Translations under genes and position numbers: made by a program | Notes under the pieces: model-generated | Told to the model about the DNA's origin: nothing | What the model saw: the letters and a program-made list of their open reading frames with translations, nothing else | The model's database searches: none | NCBI GenBank assembly: GCA_020051775.1 | Contig: JAGVQJ010000048.1 | Location: 2,556-66,555 of the forward strand | From: Calditrichota bacterium | GTDB lineage: Bacteria; Electryoneota; B3-LCP | Direction: 5' to 3' | DNA length: 64,000 nucleotides | Shown here: positions 1-9,721 of the stretch, one piece after another | Layout: each line of letters starts with the position of its first letter | Position numbering within the stretch: position 1 is the first letter of the stretch

Positions 1-1
1 C

Positions 2-1051
2 CAGACTACGGCTTTCTCGGTAGGCCATGACGTCGGCAAATATGATGGAGAGTACCGCCGCCACGGGTACTGCCAGCAGAGTTCCAAGGATGCCCTGAAG
101 TTTTGTGCCGACCAAAAGGAACATGATGACCACAATCGGATTCAGGTCAACCTGTTTACCCATGACTTTGGGCACGAGGAAATTATTTTCAATCTGCTGG
201 GCCAGGACATACACCAATAAGGCCAGCAGGGCCTTGGTGGGCGATTGTGCCAGGGCGAAGAAAACTCCGGGTACGGCCGAAAGGAGCGGCCCGGCGTAAG
301 GGATGATCTCGAGAACTCCGGCCAGGAGTGCCAGCAGAAAGGCGTATTTGACGCCAATCAGACTTAGACCAATGAAAACGAGAACGAAAATGATGACGCA
401 GAGAAGGACCTGGCCGCGCAGCCACAATCCCAATTTGGATTGAAGGCGGGGAATCAAGTCATGAATATAGGATTGGTACGGTTTTGGTGCGATTTTAGTA
501 AAAAACGACCTCAACTCGCCCGCTGAGGCGACAAAGTAGATGGTCATGACAAGAAAAGCGGCCAGCGAAAAAAGCCCGCCGAAAACCTTCATCACGGTGC
601 TGATCACTCCGGAGGCGGCGCCGCCTACAAAATCACTTAATTTACTCAGCCAGGAGTTGATCTGATCTCTGAGGTCAAATTCGCCGGGAAAGTTTATATT
701 CTTCAGGACGTCAGTGACCTGGTCATAATAAGTGGGAAAATTAGCGACGAGATCGGAAATCTCATCGTAGACGGGGGGGATCAGAAGGATGATGGTTAAC
801 GTAACGGTGCCAAACACCAGAGTGAAGATAATCAAGACGCTTAACACCCTGGGGAGGCGGAATCCTTGCAGCCAATGCACCCACGATTCCAATGCCATGG
901 ACAAGATCAGTGCGGCCAGCGCCAGAATGAGAATCTCGCGAATCAGATAGAGCAGGAAAGCCAGCGCTACGAACAGCAAAAGTTTAACAATGGATCCACT
1001 GCTCAGGCTGAAAATAACGCGATGCGGATCTTTTCCGTTTTGTTTGGTCAT
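2..1051 (-). CDS. AI-2E family (PerM/TqsA-like) transporter, 3' end runs off the window
   Basis: Not in the ORF track (no stop inside the window). Manual translation from ATG at 1051: MTKQNGKDPHRVIFSLSSGSIVKLLLFVALAFLLYLIREILILALAALILS...LIPP...EIIPYAGP...ENNFLVPKVMGKQVDLNPIVVIMFLLVG...GILGTLLAVPVAA, the typical AI-2E motifs; both ends are in the same frame. Confidence 0.88.
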   Translation of the reverse strand, partial: MTKQNGKDPHRVIFSLSSGSIVKLLLFVALAFLLYLIREILILALAALILSMALESWVHWLQGFRLPRVLSVLIIFTLVFGTVTLTIILLIPPVYDEISDLVANFPTYYDQVTDVLKNINFPGEFDLRDQINSWLSKLSDFVGGAASGVISTVMKVFGGLFSLAAFLVMTIYFVASAGELRSFFTKIAPKPYQSYIHDLIPRLQSKLGLWLRGQVLLCVIIFVLVFIGLSLIGVKYAFLLALLAGVLEIIPYAGPLLSAVPGVFFALAQSPTKALLALLVYVLAQQIENNFLVPKVMGKQVDLNPIVVIMFLLVGTKLQGILGTLLAVPVAAVLSIIFADVMAYRESRSL

Positions 1052-1091
1052 GATTCGGAGGTTTTATAGGAATGGGCAACGACTGAAGGAC

Positions 1092-1532
1092 TTAATAGTC
1101 ACCCAGTTCGCCGATCTTATCTACTCTTCGCTGGTGGCGGCCACCTTCGAAGGGAGTGGAAAACCAAACATCCAGAATATTGAAAGCTTCGACGGGTTCA
1201 ACGAAACGGGCGCCCAGGACAAGAACGTTGGCGTCATTGTGACGGCGACTCATCTCGGCCAACTCTGTCGTCAAGCATAGCGCCGCGCGAACACCTTTCA
1301 CTTTATTGGCTACGATGGACATCCCTATACCCGATCCGCAAATCAGCACGGCTCGTTCAGCCGTTCCGGAGGCGACGTCTTTAGCCGCCAGAACGCCAAA
1401 GTCGGGATAATCCACAGAAGAATCATCGAAACAACCGCGATCCAAAATTTCGTGACTCTGTGAGATCAATCTCGACTTAAGATTCTCTTTGAGTTGGAAT
1501 CCCGCATGATCAGAGGCCATTGATATTTTCAT
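1092..1532 (-). CDS. rpiB: Ribose-5-phosphate isomerase B
   Basis: ASDHAG, DYPDFG, CGSGIGMSIVANK, HNDANVL and FEGGRHQRR motifs. Confidence 0.96.
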   Translation of the reverse strand: MKISMASDHAGFQLKENLKSRLISQSHEILDRGCFDDSSVDYPDFGVLAAKDVASGTAERAVLICGSGIGMSIVANKVKGVRAALCLTTELAEMSRRHNDANVLVLGARFVEPVEAFNILDVWFSTPFEGGRHQRRVDKIGELGDY

Positions 1533-1544
1533 GGAAAACCCCGC

Positions 1545-2783
1545 TTATTCTGCCCAAGGCGGTTTGCTGCGTTGGAACCAAGATTCACCCAGGTTCAGGC
1601 CGAGACGAAATTTAAAGGTGTTTTCCTGCCCCCCGTTGCTATCCAAATTCCCACGCCGGCCAAACTCGAATCCCAGGTCAAAACGATCCACCCCTTGATG
1701 AAAAGGGTAACTCAAACCTGCTGAGGCCGTATAAACGTCCACCCCGCTACCGTCGCTGACCAGGTAGGTGGATTCTCTTCTGAGGCCAAAACGATATTGA
1801 AACCGTTGGAAGAAAGCGTCAGAATCCCAGGTCCCCGGAGTCCATTCGGCGCCCATGCCGACATTGTTGGAGTTGCGATAGGTGGAGGAACCACCGGGAA
1901 GATTTTCAACGCTGGACCAATCACTATAAGCAACTTGCCCGGCCACCAGCCATTTGGGAGCAATCTGGTAGCTTGCACCGAAACCGAACCGGGCGGCCAA
2001 TTGGAGATCCTGTTGCGAGGTGACGATTGAATCTCCGCTGGTATAGGAAAAAATCCGGTCCAGTTGCAAAGGAACTTGAGGCTCGAATGTCGCTCCCAAA
2101 ACCAGTTTTGGCGTCGGTTTCACAATGATGCCAATCGTCCCGCCATACCCCAGGTACTGCTTGGATTTGGTGAACTGGACGTCTGAGTAACCGGGAGCAT
2201 TGAAAACACTGGTGCGATATTCCTGGACATCACCCCAAGTCAAGTTGCCGGCAATACCCACACTTAAACCAGGCTTGGGCGCCCAGGCCAAACTCAACGC
2301 AGCTCGAGTCAAGCCTCCAATGCCCTGATAGGTTTCCAAGTAATCGGCGTTCGGCACGCCCGGAAGAGGACTGACCAATGTACCCGTCCAGGCGTACTTG
2401 AATTCCACGCGACTGTAGGGAGTCAAATGAAATCCTAATCCCCAGCCTTTTTTGATGGCGATAGCAATACCGAAATATTCAAGCTGCGCCCAGTCATCTG
2501 TGTCACTCGAATTGGGATCGGTCATCCATTGGCGAGAGATGTACCCGCCTATGGTGATTCTCGAGCGATGGAGGGTAGACAGCAGCGCCGGGTTGGCGAA
2601 ATTAATCGTATTGGAATCTTCCAAAGCGAGGCCGGTGTTACCCATGCCGATGGCGCGCGAAGAATTTACGTCTTCGAGGACGCCGACGCCCAACCCCGAG
2701 AATATCGAACCAGTGGCGTTTGCTCCCGACGCCATAAGGGCCAGAACGGCAAGGCTGAGAAAATTGCGAGAAAACAGGTTCAC
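1545..2783 (-). CDS. Outer-membrane beta-barrel protein, FadL/PorV-like
   Basis: Signal peptide; SRAIGMG...NFANPA N-terminal plug motif; amphipathic beta-strands; C-terminal GESWF. Confidence 0.7.
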   Translation of the reverse strand: MNLFSRNFLSLAVLALMASGANATGSIFSGLGVGVLEDVNSSRAIGMGNTGLALEDSNTINFANPALLSTLHRSRITIGGYISRQWMTDPNSSDTDDWAQLEYFGIAIAIKKGWGLGFHLTPYSRVEFKYAWTGTLVSPLPGVPNADYLETYQGIGGLTRAALSLAWAPKPGLSVGIAGNLTWGDVQEYRTSVFNAPGYSDVQFTKSKQYLGYGGTIGIIVKPTPKLVLGATFEPQVPLQLDRIFSYTSGDSIVTSQQDLQLAARFGFGASYQIAPKWLVAGQVAYSDWSSVENLPGGSSTYRNSNNVGMGAEWTPGTWDSDAFFQRFQYRFGLRRESTYLVSDGSGVDVYTASAGLSYPFHQGVDRFDLGFEFGRRGNLDSNGGQENTFKFRLGLNLGESWFQRSKPPWAE

Positions 2784-4042
2784 TGACCGCCTCCCCCCTG
2801 GATATATACAATGCGCAAGGCCGGTTTCAACGAATCGGCCAGCATCTGCGGTCCATAAAAAGGCATTCTCGCCACATTCTGATATTCATTGGAAGAATTT
2901 ACCCGCAGACCGAAATGGGTGCCGGGATGGAGAACCCAGTCATTCACTAGCGTTGTGACGTTCAACGCTAAGGTGCCGGTGGCTTGGTCGTAAAGAGAAA
3001 CCAGCGGTAGACTGATGGGGGTAGTTTCAGCAGTGGCCGGATCCTCGAGCCAACTGGAATCCGCCATGGGAAGACCGTAAGCTCCGCTAATGTGATCGAA
3101 AGCCAGTACGTTAGTGGTATCGGCATGGAGAATAAGTTCGGCGCGTTGCACCGCTACGCCATAGTGGGCCGTGAAGGCGCTGTCTATGTTAAAGCGCATG
3201 ATCGTGCGGTAGGGCGCGCCGTTTCCCATCCAGATAAAGGTGCTGTCGACAGGGGTTAGGGTGGTAGAGTCTTTGGCAATGAAAGCATCCGAGGCAGCAT
3301 TTAGGTAGAGGACGGTGTCCACCGGATCGCCGCCATGCGTAACGGTAGTATCGTAATTTTTCAGGAACATCTCCAGTTTGGGGCGGCGATTAATGTTAGA
3401 ATTTTCAGCCGAAGCGAACCGCAACATGTAATTCTGATCGGTGGCGGCTTGTAGGTAGATTCCGTTGTTCCAGTAAAGCGTCTTACCGCCCGAACCTGCC
3501 GATAGCCAGGCACGCAGCAGGCTGTCAACCGGTTCCGGTAGAGTGAACCGTACTGTGTCACTATCCGAGGCGGCGACAGGAATTTGAATATTGGCGAAGG
3601 AGAGGCCCTGCGACAACGAATCCGTGTTGAAATTATCCCAATTGACGCCAATTTCAGTCCAAGTCAATTGCTGATTGACCATGAACGCGGAGGCGCCCAT
3701 AGGGCTGGTTCCATCCAAGGCCAGGCTGTCCAGTAAGAGTCGCACGCGCAGTGAATCCACTAAGAAGCTGTCCGGCAGAGCTCCGGTAGGATTGAAGCGT
3801 AGCAGACTATTGGCATAGTACCCCTGATTGTATCCCAGGTAGAGATAGCCGCTCACGCCAGTAGTCGTGGTAGTGCGATAAATTCGCACATCCTCAGGCG
3901 GCAGGATCATCTCATTGGGCAGGATATCGTTCAACCCTGGCGCCAGGTTGGATCCCACAGGTGAATCCTTCTGGGCGCAACCGATTATCATCAACCCTGC
4001 CAGGAACAGCAACGACAGCAGATTTTCAGGTGAGTGTTTCAA
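2780..4042 (-). CDS. Lipoprotein with two DNRLRE-like beta-sandwich domains
   Basis: Lipobox IIGC; FASAEN...RRPKLEM and LKPALRIVY domain ends; 4-bp overlap with the downstream barrel gene. Confidence 0.6.
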   Translation of the reverse strand: MKHSPENLLSLLFLAGLMIIGCAQKDSPVGSNLAPGLNDILPNEMILPPEDVRIYRTTTTTGVSGYLYLGYNQGYYANSLLRFNPTGALPDSFLVDSLRVRLLLDSLALDGTSPMGASAFMVNQQLTWTEIGVNWDNFNTDSLSQGLSFANIQIPVAASDSDTVRFTLPEPVDSLLRAWLSAGSGGKTLYWNNGIYLQAATDQNYMLRFASAENSNINRRPKLEMFLKNYDTTVTHGGDPVDTVLYLNAASDAFIAKDSTTLTPVDSTFIWMGNGAPYRTIMRFNIDSAFTAHYGVAVQRAELILHADTTNVLAFDHISGAYGLPMADSSWLEDPATAETTPISLPLVSLYDQATGTLALNVTTLVNDWVLHPGTHFGLRVNSSNEYQNVARMPFYGPQMLADSLKPALRIVYIQGGGGQ

Positions 4043-4108
4043 TCGAAATTATCTCCGTAAATTGTATAATTTACATAAGGGGTTCCAGACAAGCAATGAA
4101 ATAATGCG

Positions 4109-5107
4109 TTATTGGCTGTTGGATGGCCGCTTGATCGGTATTTTGCGGCCACAACGTGAGCAAAGATCGCCCTCCAAACCCACGATGCGCGTGCGATACG
4201 ACGCCCTTTCCACTAAAATGGTTCCACATTCCGGGCAAATGGTATCGGATGATCCGGGCACGGCAATGTTACCCAGGTAAACGTAATTCAGTTCCCTGGA
4301 AGCGATATCCCAGGCACGGCGCAGAAAGGATTCCGAGGTTGACGGCGCCTCGGAGCGGTAATGCGGGAAATAACGCGAAAGATGCAAGGGGAGGTCTGGA
4401 TTCACTGAGGCAATCCATTGAGCTGTCGCCTGGACGGAAGCCTCGTTATCATTCCAACCCGTCACGACCAGATGGGCGATCTCAACATGCACGCCCGCTT
4501 TCCAGGCCAGACGGATACTGCGCTGCACCGGTTCCAAGCGCGCTTTGCACATCTTAACATAGAATTCGTCCTTAGGCGATTTCAGATCCACATTCATCGC
4601 ATCCACATGGGGCAATAAACGGAGTAACGGTTCCTCCTCAATGTAGCCATTGGTAACCAGAACCACAGCATGGCCATTTCGGCGCAATTCGGGCGCCGTG
4701 TCCAGGATATACTCATACCACATCAACGGCTCGGAATAGGTGAAAGCGACGCCAATGGAACCCTGTGTTCCAGCCATTTTGACCAATTCACCCACTGGTA
4801 GATGCCGGGTGGGGACTTGTCCCTGAGAGATTTCGGCGTTCTGGCAGAAGAGACACCGCAGGTTACAGCCATTGGCTCCGACCGATAAAATCACCGAACC
4901 GGGATGGAAGTGGTACAGCGGTTTCTTCTCGATGGGATCCAGGGCCATGGAGGCGACCTCCGCATAATTAGCGGCCACCAGCTTTTTCCCAACTCGTTGC
5001 CGTACGCGACAGACGCCCGACTGTCCATCGCGGAGCTTGCAATGCTGCGGACAAAGATCACAGGCCAGTTTGCCCTTCTCGGCGTGGTAAAATTCGACTT
5101 CGCGCAT
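4109..5107 (-). CDS. amrS: AmmeMemoRadiSam system radical SAM enzyme (PflA-like)
   Basis: CDLCPQHC N-terminal motif, DPIEKKPLYHF, CNLRCLFCQN (CX3CX2C), C-terminal CPECG/CSRCG. Confidence 0.9.
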   Translation of the reverse strand: MREVEFYHAEKGKLACDLCPQHCKLRDGQSGVCRVRQRVGKKLVAANYAEVASMALDPIEKKPLYHFHPGSVILSVGANGCNLRCLFCQNAEISQGQVPTRHLPVGELVKMAGTQGSIGVAFTYSEPLMWYEYILDTAPELRRNGHAVVLVTNGYIEEEPLLRLLPHVDAMNVDLKSPKDEFYVKMCKARLEPVQRSIRLAWKAGVHVEIAHLVVTGWNDNEASVQATAQWIASVNPDLPLHLSRYFPHYRSEAPSTSESFLRRAWDIASRELNYVYLGNIAVPGSSDTICPECGTILVERASYRTRIVGLEGDLCSRCGRKIPIKRPSNSQ

Positions 5108-5389
5108 AGGAATTCACTGGCAGGTAAATCTCTCCACCTTAATGAAACTGCTAAAAAAGTGATCGGTTTAGGGTAGTTACTTTATAGTCAAAGATGCAGT
5201 TTAACTGACACTCATATTTAACAATAAGGTCTCATCCAGAGATCCCCGCATGGAATGGTATTAAGGATTTTATTTGGCGATAATAATCGTGGTGGGTATT
5301 TAGTAAGAATTTGGTATGCGACAACTCAGAAAAACAACAAATTTGGATCAGTCTGAAAAGTGAACGCGGTAAATATTCTGCAATAAAGC

Positions 5390-5418
5390 TTGACAATCGC
5401 CACGTTATCTACTACTTT
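5390..5418 (+). promoter_or_regulatory. sigma70-type promoter TTGACA-17-TACTTT with no downstream ORF
   Basis: TTGACA 5390-5395, 17-bp spacer, TACTTT 5413-5418. Confidence 0.55.
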
Positions 5419-5424
5419 ATTATC

Positions 5425-5495
5425 GTGGTTGATTCGCAATACTCATCTCGGTGCATCCCCTCGCTTAAGGTGGTTTAGGCGAGGGGTTCTTATTT
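5425..5495 (+). ncRNA. Candidate ~70-nt small RNA
   Basis: Lies between the promoter above and a GC hairpin with a U-rich tail; family not recognised. Confidence 0.35.
5457..5495 (+). terminator. Intrinsic terminator-like hairpin
   Basis: CCCCTCGCTTAA-ggtggt-TTAGGCGAGGGG followed by TTCTTATTT. Confidence 0.6.
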
Positions 5496-5546
5496 ATCTG
5501 ATGGCCCGAAGTTATGAGAACGAAGGATTGGGGAAATGTTTTATAC

Positions 5547-6479
5547 TTACGATGTATTGAATACCTTTACGGCCTCGCGAACAAAACCCTCTGACTTTGC
5601 CAGAAGGTCGCGTGCGCGTGGTGTGTCCACCTCGCACAAAGCCATGACAATGGCTAATTTTACATTGCCTTCGGCGGCATCGAGCAACTCGCCCGCACGA
5701 TCATAATCCAAATCAGCAGCGAGCATGAGCACGCGCCGGGAACGGGCTTTCAGTTTCTGTGAACCGGCGCGAAGATCCACCATCATGCCCTGAAATACCT
5801 TACCCATACGCACGAAGGCGGTAGTACTGATCATGTTCAGGATCATCTTGGTGGCGGATCCGGCTTTCAACCTCGTTGATCCCATCAGGACTTCCGGGCC
5901 TAGAAGTGGAGCGATAATCACATCCGCCAGATGGCCTGTCTCTTTTTCAGGGTCAGGAAGGTTGCAGATTAAAAGCACCGTGGCGGCGCCAACCGAGCGG
6001 GCGTATTCCAGACCACCCAGCACATAAGGCGTACGTCGAGAAGCCGTAATGCCGATCAAAGTATCGCTTTCATTGAGGGCAATGGCCGCTAAATCCAGCC
6101 CCGATTGGTTCATGTCGTCTTCAGCGCCTTCGCGCGACCGGAAGACGGCATCAGGACCGCCGGCGATGATACCCACCACTGCTTGAGGATCGCTGCCAAA
6201 GGTGGGTGGGCACTCTGCGGCGTCTATAACGCCCAATCGCCCGGACGTACCGGCGCCAATATAAACAAGCCGGCCTCCGGAACGAAAAGAGTGGATGACC
6301 TGATCCACCGCTTTTTCGATCTCCGGAAGCACTTTACGGACAGCGGCGGTTACACCAGCGTCCTCATCGGACATGAATTCCAGAATCTGGCGAACGGAGT
6401 AGATATCCAGGTCGGTTGATCGCGGGTGGAGCGCTTCGGTCGTCAGCCCTTTGATTTCGTCGAAGACTCTACGGGACAT
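5547..6479 (-). CDS. murQ: N-acetylmuramic acid 6-phosphate etherase
   Basis: GAGTSGRLG, DAAECPPTF, EGAEDD, GPEVLMGSTRLKAGSATK motifs. Confidence 0.96.
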   Translation of the reverse strand: MSRRVFDEIKGLTTEALHPRSTDLDIYSVRQILEFMSDEDAGVTAAVRKVLPEIEKAVDQVIHSFRSGGRLVYIGAGTSGRLGVIDAAECPPTFGSDPQAVVGIIAGGPDAVFRSREGAEDDMNQSGLDLAAIALNESDTLIGITASRRTPYVLGGLEYARSVGAATVLLICNLPDPEKETGHLADVIIAPLLGPEVLMGSTRLKAGSATKMILNMISTTAFVRMGKVFQGMMVDLRAGSQKLKARSRRVLMLAADLDYDRAGELLDAAEGNVKLAIVMALCEVDTPRARDLLAKSEGFVREAVKVFNTS

Positions 6480-6506
6480 AGCTTAAATGAGAAATGTTAT
6501 AGCCCC

Positions 6507-6535
6507 AATATACGGAATTTGTGCGGGAATGTCAA
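6507..6535 (-). promoter_or_regulatory. sigma70 promoter of murQ, TTGACA-17-TATATT
   Basis: tgtcaa 6530-6535 and aatata 6507-6512 on +, 17-bp spacer. Confidence 0.65.
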
Positions 6536-6634
6536 GGGAAAGTATTCCACAGACAGCAAACAGGTGTAAGCCGTAAGTGATAAAAAGGCGCTAAGGCGCC
6601 TTCAATTTTTCATTTTGCACTTTTTATCTTGCAT

Positions 6635-8782
6635 TCATTTGAGCGAAACCATCTTCAGAGTCGAGGCACAATTTCCAACCGTCAACCGGGCAAGATAGAC
6701 ACCCGAGGATAAATCCGACCCATCGAAGGTGACCTCGTGGGAACCGGCTTCCCTCCAACCATTAACCAGGGTCGTTACCAGTCTCCCGGCAGTGTCGTAG
6801 ACCTTCAGGCGGACAAGGCTGCTTGTTGGTAGTTGGTAGTAGATAGCGGTGGAAGCATTAAAGGGGTTGGGATGGGAGGAGTGAAGGATGAAGGATGAAG
6901 GATAAATTTCTTGGGGATTAACACTTTCGACTCTCAACTCATCGCCCGAATTAGTCCAGTGACTAAACCCTGAATCCTGAATCCCGGATCCGAGTTTCCC
7001 AAACATGAAGATGTCTTTGCTGGTGTCCGATCCCACTACGGCATAAGCGTTATAATGATAGACACCCATCGAGGCTGAGCCGGGTACGGCTTGCAAACGC
7101 ACCGGAGCCAGGATCGTACTCGCAGGTACGGTGACTGTTACCGGCCCTAAGACCGGGCCGAAGGTGCTGCTGTCAGGCAGGGTAACGTCGCACCAGACCA
7201 GTGCATTATAAGGCGAAGGATCGTGATTACTCAGGCGCAAAGTGTAATCCATACTGCCACCTTCTGTCTGGATCAAATACGGAAATTCGTGCGGAGTGAG
7301 AAGAACGCTAATGGGGAACCGCTGCTCGTAGTTGAAAGCTCCCATGTCGGAACGGGTGCCGTCGGGATCTAAAGAATCGGGGTGGCCGGCATCAATACAG
7401 GGGCTACCCCACAATAGCCGGTAGTCGTCGTGATGCGGATCAACGAAAAGCGGATCGCTATCAATCATACTGAGGCCAGGCCAACCGGATTGAATATCGC
7501 AATAGCTTGCGTTCAAACTGCAAACCGGGGAGGTAATATAAATTTCGGGATCGCTGTTGTTCCAGAGTATGCTGTTTTCAAGAGTGGTTTCGTTCGGAGC
7601 ATTGCCATGTATCCTTAACGAACCACCACTTTCATTTGAAATATTAGATACAAAACTGTTTTTGTAGATTATTGAACTGCATCCATAGGAATAAAAACCC
7701 CCACCAAAGCCCGCAGTATTGCGGGCAAAGATATTGTTTCGCACGATGGGGGTTGTGAATTCTGTGCAATAGACTCCACCGCCACAGTAGGCCGTATGAT
7801 TCCAAAGCAGGAAATTATTCTCAACAATTGGCGACCCATTCGACCAAAGAAAAATACCTCCTCCGCCGTTAAAAGGACCGACAGCGTTATTGAATTTAAT
7901 AATGTTTCCTTTTATTAGAGGGCTACAATGATAAGAAAAAATACCCCCCCCGCTCCCTGCATTTTGAGCTTCGTTGCCAGTGATGCAATTATTTATGATT
8001 TGTGCATTGCTCCATCTCAAGTATACCCCGCCTCCCTGATCGCCCTTATTGTGAACTATAATATTGTTGTAGGCAAAAATTTCTGACGTGTCAGCTGCTG
8101 AGATCCCCCCGCTATTATTATTGATGATGACATTATTGCATATCACTGCATCAGCGTTCCTTTGACACCGAATCCCGGCATCAAAATCCGCTATATTATC
8201 AATTACTAAATTATAGGCGATCAGGAGATCAGATAAATCGGCACAAATGGCTCCGCCATATTGAGCTGAATTTCTTTTGAACTTGCAATGAAGAATTTTA
8301 CAATCAGCTCCCATGGTACTGTAAATAGCACCCCCGCGATACACTGCATGACAGCTATCGAACCAGCAATTTTCGATGGTGGCACTAGTTGAAACCGAGT
8401 AAATAGCACCACCATAATTTGCCGATCCGTGACGAAAACGGCAATAGGCGAAACATGAAGAATCCGAGGCGTTATTCAGAAGAATGCCTTTCCAATGGCC
8501 GTTGGGCGAGGCAACCTCAAAAAGGATTGAATCCTGCAGGTTGCCGATGGCGGTTATTAAGGAACCGGTTTGCACTTGGAATTGGACATTGGCAGCAAAC
8601 AGTACTTTTACACCCGGTTCAATTGACAGCGACTGCCCCGTTGGAACGACAATCTCCCCCGTCACCAATACCGTATCCACATCCCACACGCCGGAGACGT
8701 TCCCGGTTACGGTGATGTGATCCGCGATGGCCTGGTTGGTAACCAGCCTAAAAATTAGCAGAGAGATGAAAAGCCGCAGCAT
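6635..8782 (-). CDS. Secreted right-handed beta-helix (pectin-lyase-fold) protein with shared ~110-aa domain and T9SS-type CTD
   Basis: Signal peptide; GGAI/GGGI..N repeats; DPLFVD...SPCIDAG...DMGAF motif; PNPFN...KMVSLK C-terminus. Confidence 0.85.
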   Translation of the reverse strand: MLRLFISLLIFRLVTNQAIADHITVTGNVSGVWDVDTVLVTGEIVVPTGQSLSIEPGVKVLFAANVQFQVQTGSLITAIGNLQDSILFEVASPNGHWKGILLNNASDSSCFAYCRFRHGSANYGGAIYSVSTSATIENCWFDSCHAVYRGGAIYSTMGADCKILHCKFKRNSAQYGGAICADLSDLLIAYNLVIDNIADFDAGIRCQRNADAVICNNVIINNNSGGISAADTSEIFAYNNIIVHNKGDQGGGVYLRWSNAQIINNCITGNEAQNAGSGGGIFSYHCSPLIKGNIIKFNNAVGPFNGGGGIFLWSNGSPIVENNFLLWNHTAYCGGGVYCTEFTTPIVRNNIFARNTAGFGGGFYSYGCSSIIYKNSFVSNISNESGGSLRIHGNAPNETTLENSILWNNSDPEIYITSPVCSLNASYCDIQSGWPGLSMIDSDPLFVDPHHDDYRLLWGSPCIDAGHPDSLDPDGTRSDMGAFNYEQRFPISVLLTPHEFPYLIQTEGGSMDYTLRLSNHDPSPYNALVWCDVTLPDSSTFGPVLGPVTVTVPASTILAPVRLQAVPGSASMGVYHYNAYAVVGSDTSKDIFMFGKLGSGIQDSGFSHWTNSGDELRVESVNPQEIYPSSFILHSSHPNPFNASTAIYYQLPTSSLVRLKVYDTAGRLVTTLVNGWREAGSHEVTFDGSDLSSGVYLARLTVGNCASTLKMVSLK

Positions 8783-8813
8783 ATTAACCTCCTGGCTTGG
8801 GACATATTACTCA

Positions 8814-8858
8814 AAGGTAACTATACTTTCGGTTAAAATCAAGCGCAATTTTTTGCAC
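8814..8858 (-). promoter_or_regulatory. Promoter TTGATT-17-TACCTT with upstream palindrome CGCAA-N4-TTGCA
   Basis: -35 at 8837-8842, -10 at 8814-8819, palindrome at 8844-8857, 1 bp from the -35. Confidence 0.55.
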
Positions 8859-9021
8859 CACGCCTAAATATTCATTTTTGGGAGGGATAACAAGGCGGAT
8901 ATTGGATTAGGAATGAGCATCCAAGGAGGTTTACTTTGAGAGACGGAAATAATACCATCCCTGTATCTCAAGTTCGGAAGATTTTACACGATATCTATTG
9001 TGGGCGAATCTTGAGTAATGT

Positions 9022-9438
9022 CTACTTTACGAGACGCTCGATATGTCGAGATAGGTCATCAAGACTGAACGGTTTGGGCAGGAATCCGTCGGCATTGTAT
9101 TGCTGAATTTTACGCTTTACGGAGTCGTTGTAGCATCCGGACATCAGCAACACGGGAAGGTCAGGTCGTTGAGCTTTTACCCTTCGTAAAAGATCCAGAC
9201 CGGAACTGCCTGGCATCTGGATGTCGCTGATGACTAAATCTACCCGAATGTTTACCAGTTTTTGCAGGGCTTGGTCGGCATCTGAAGCCAGTATGGGGTG
9301 ATAGCCCAAATAATCTACCATCTGCTCCATCAACTCGCGCATAGCATTATCATCATCCACGACCAGAAAATTTTTTCTCGATTGCCGTGATCGGCTGTAA
9401 TCCCGGCGAATTCGCGCGTTTGGCATAGATGCATCCAT
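9022..9438 (-). CDS. Stand-alone response regulator receiver (CheY-like)
   Basis: LVVDDD, ISDIQMPG and FLPKPF receiver motifs; no output domain. Confidence 0.9.
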   Translation of the reverse strand: MDASMPNARIRRDYSRSRQSRKNFLVVDDDNAMRELMEQMVDYLGYHPILASDADQALQKLVNIRVDLVISDIQMPGSSGLDLLRRVKAQRPDLPVLLMSGCYNDSVKRKIQQYNADGFLPKPFSLDDLSRHIERLVK

Positions 9439-9642
9439 CTTGTCTCCTTTCAGTCATCCTACAAAACCTACCCTAAGGCATCGTATATCATACATCAGAT
9501 CCTTGCGCAATCTTGGATGACCGCAAATAATGTACCATAGTTAACATTGCGATGGTTGTACGAAATTCTACGAATTTCATTTGACCAAAAGGAAAGAAAG
9601 TTACTATGAGATAGTGCATAGATTGCAGAGTTAAAGGAGGAT

Positions 9643-9687
9643 AAAACACGACGGCCGACCCGTGGAACGATGGATCGGCCGTGTTTT
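9643..9687 (-). terminator. Terminator-like hairpin downstream of the 9722-10912 gene
   Basis: ACGGCCGA...TCGGCCGT stem flanked by AAAAC/GTTTT. Confidence 0.5.
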
Positions 9688-9721
9688 GCTATGTATGCTG
9701 CACGTGATGATGATGGGGGGG

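Noticed and set aside
105-1280. Short ORFs in the track at the window start (and 63311-63977 at the end)
   Set aside because: They are shadows of the edge-truncated AI-2E transporter and S8 peptidase genes that the ORF track missed.
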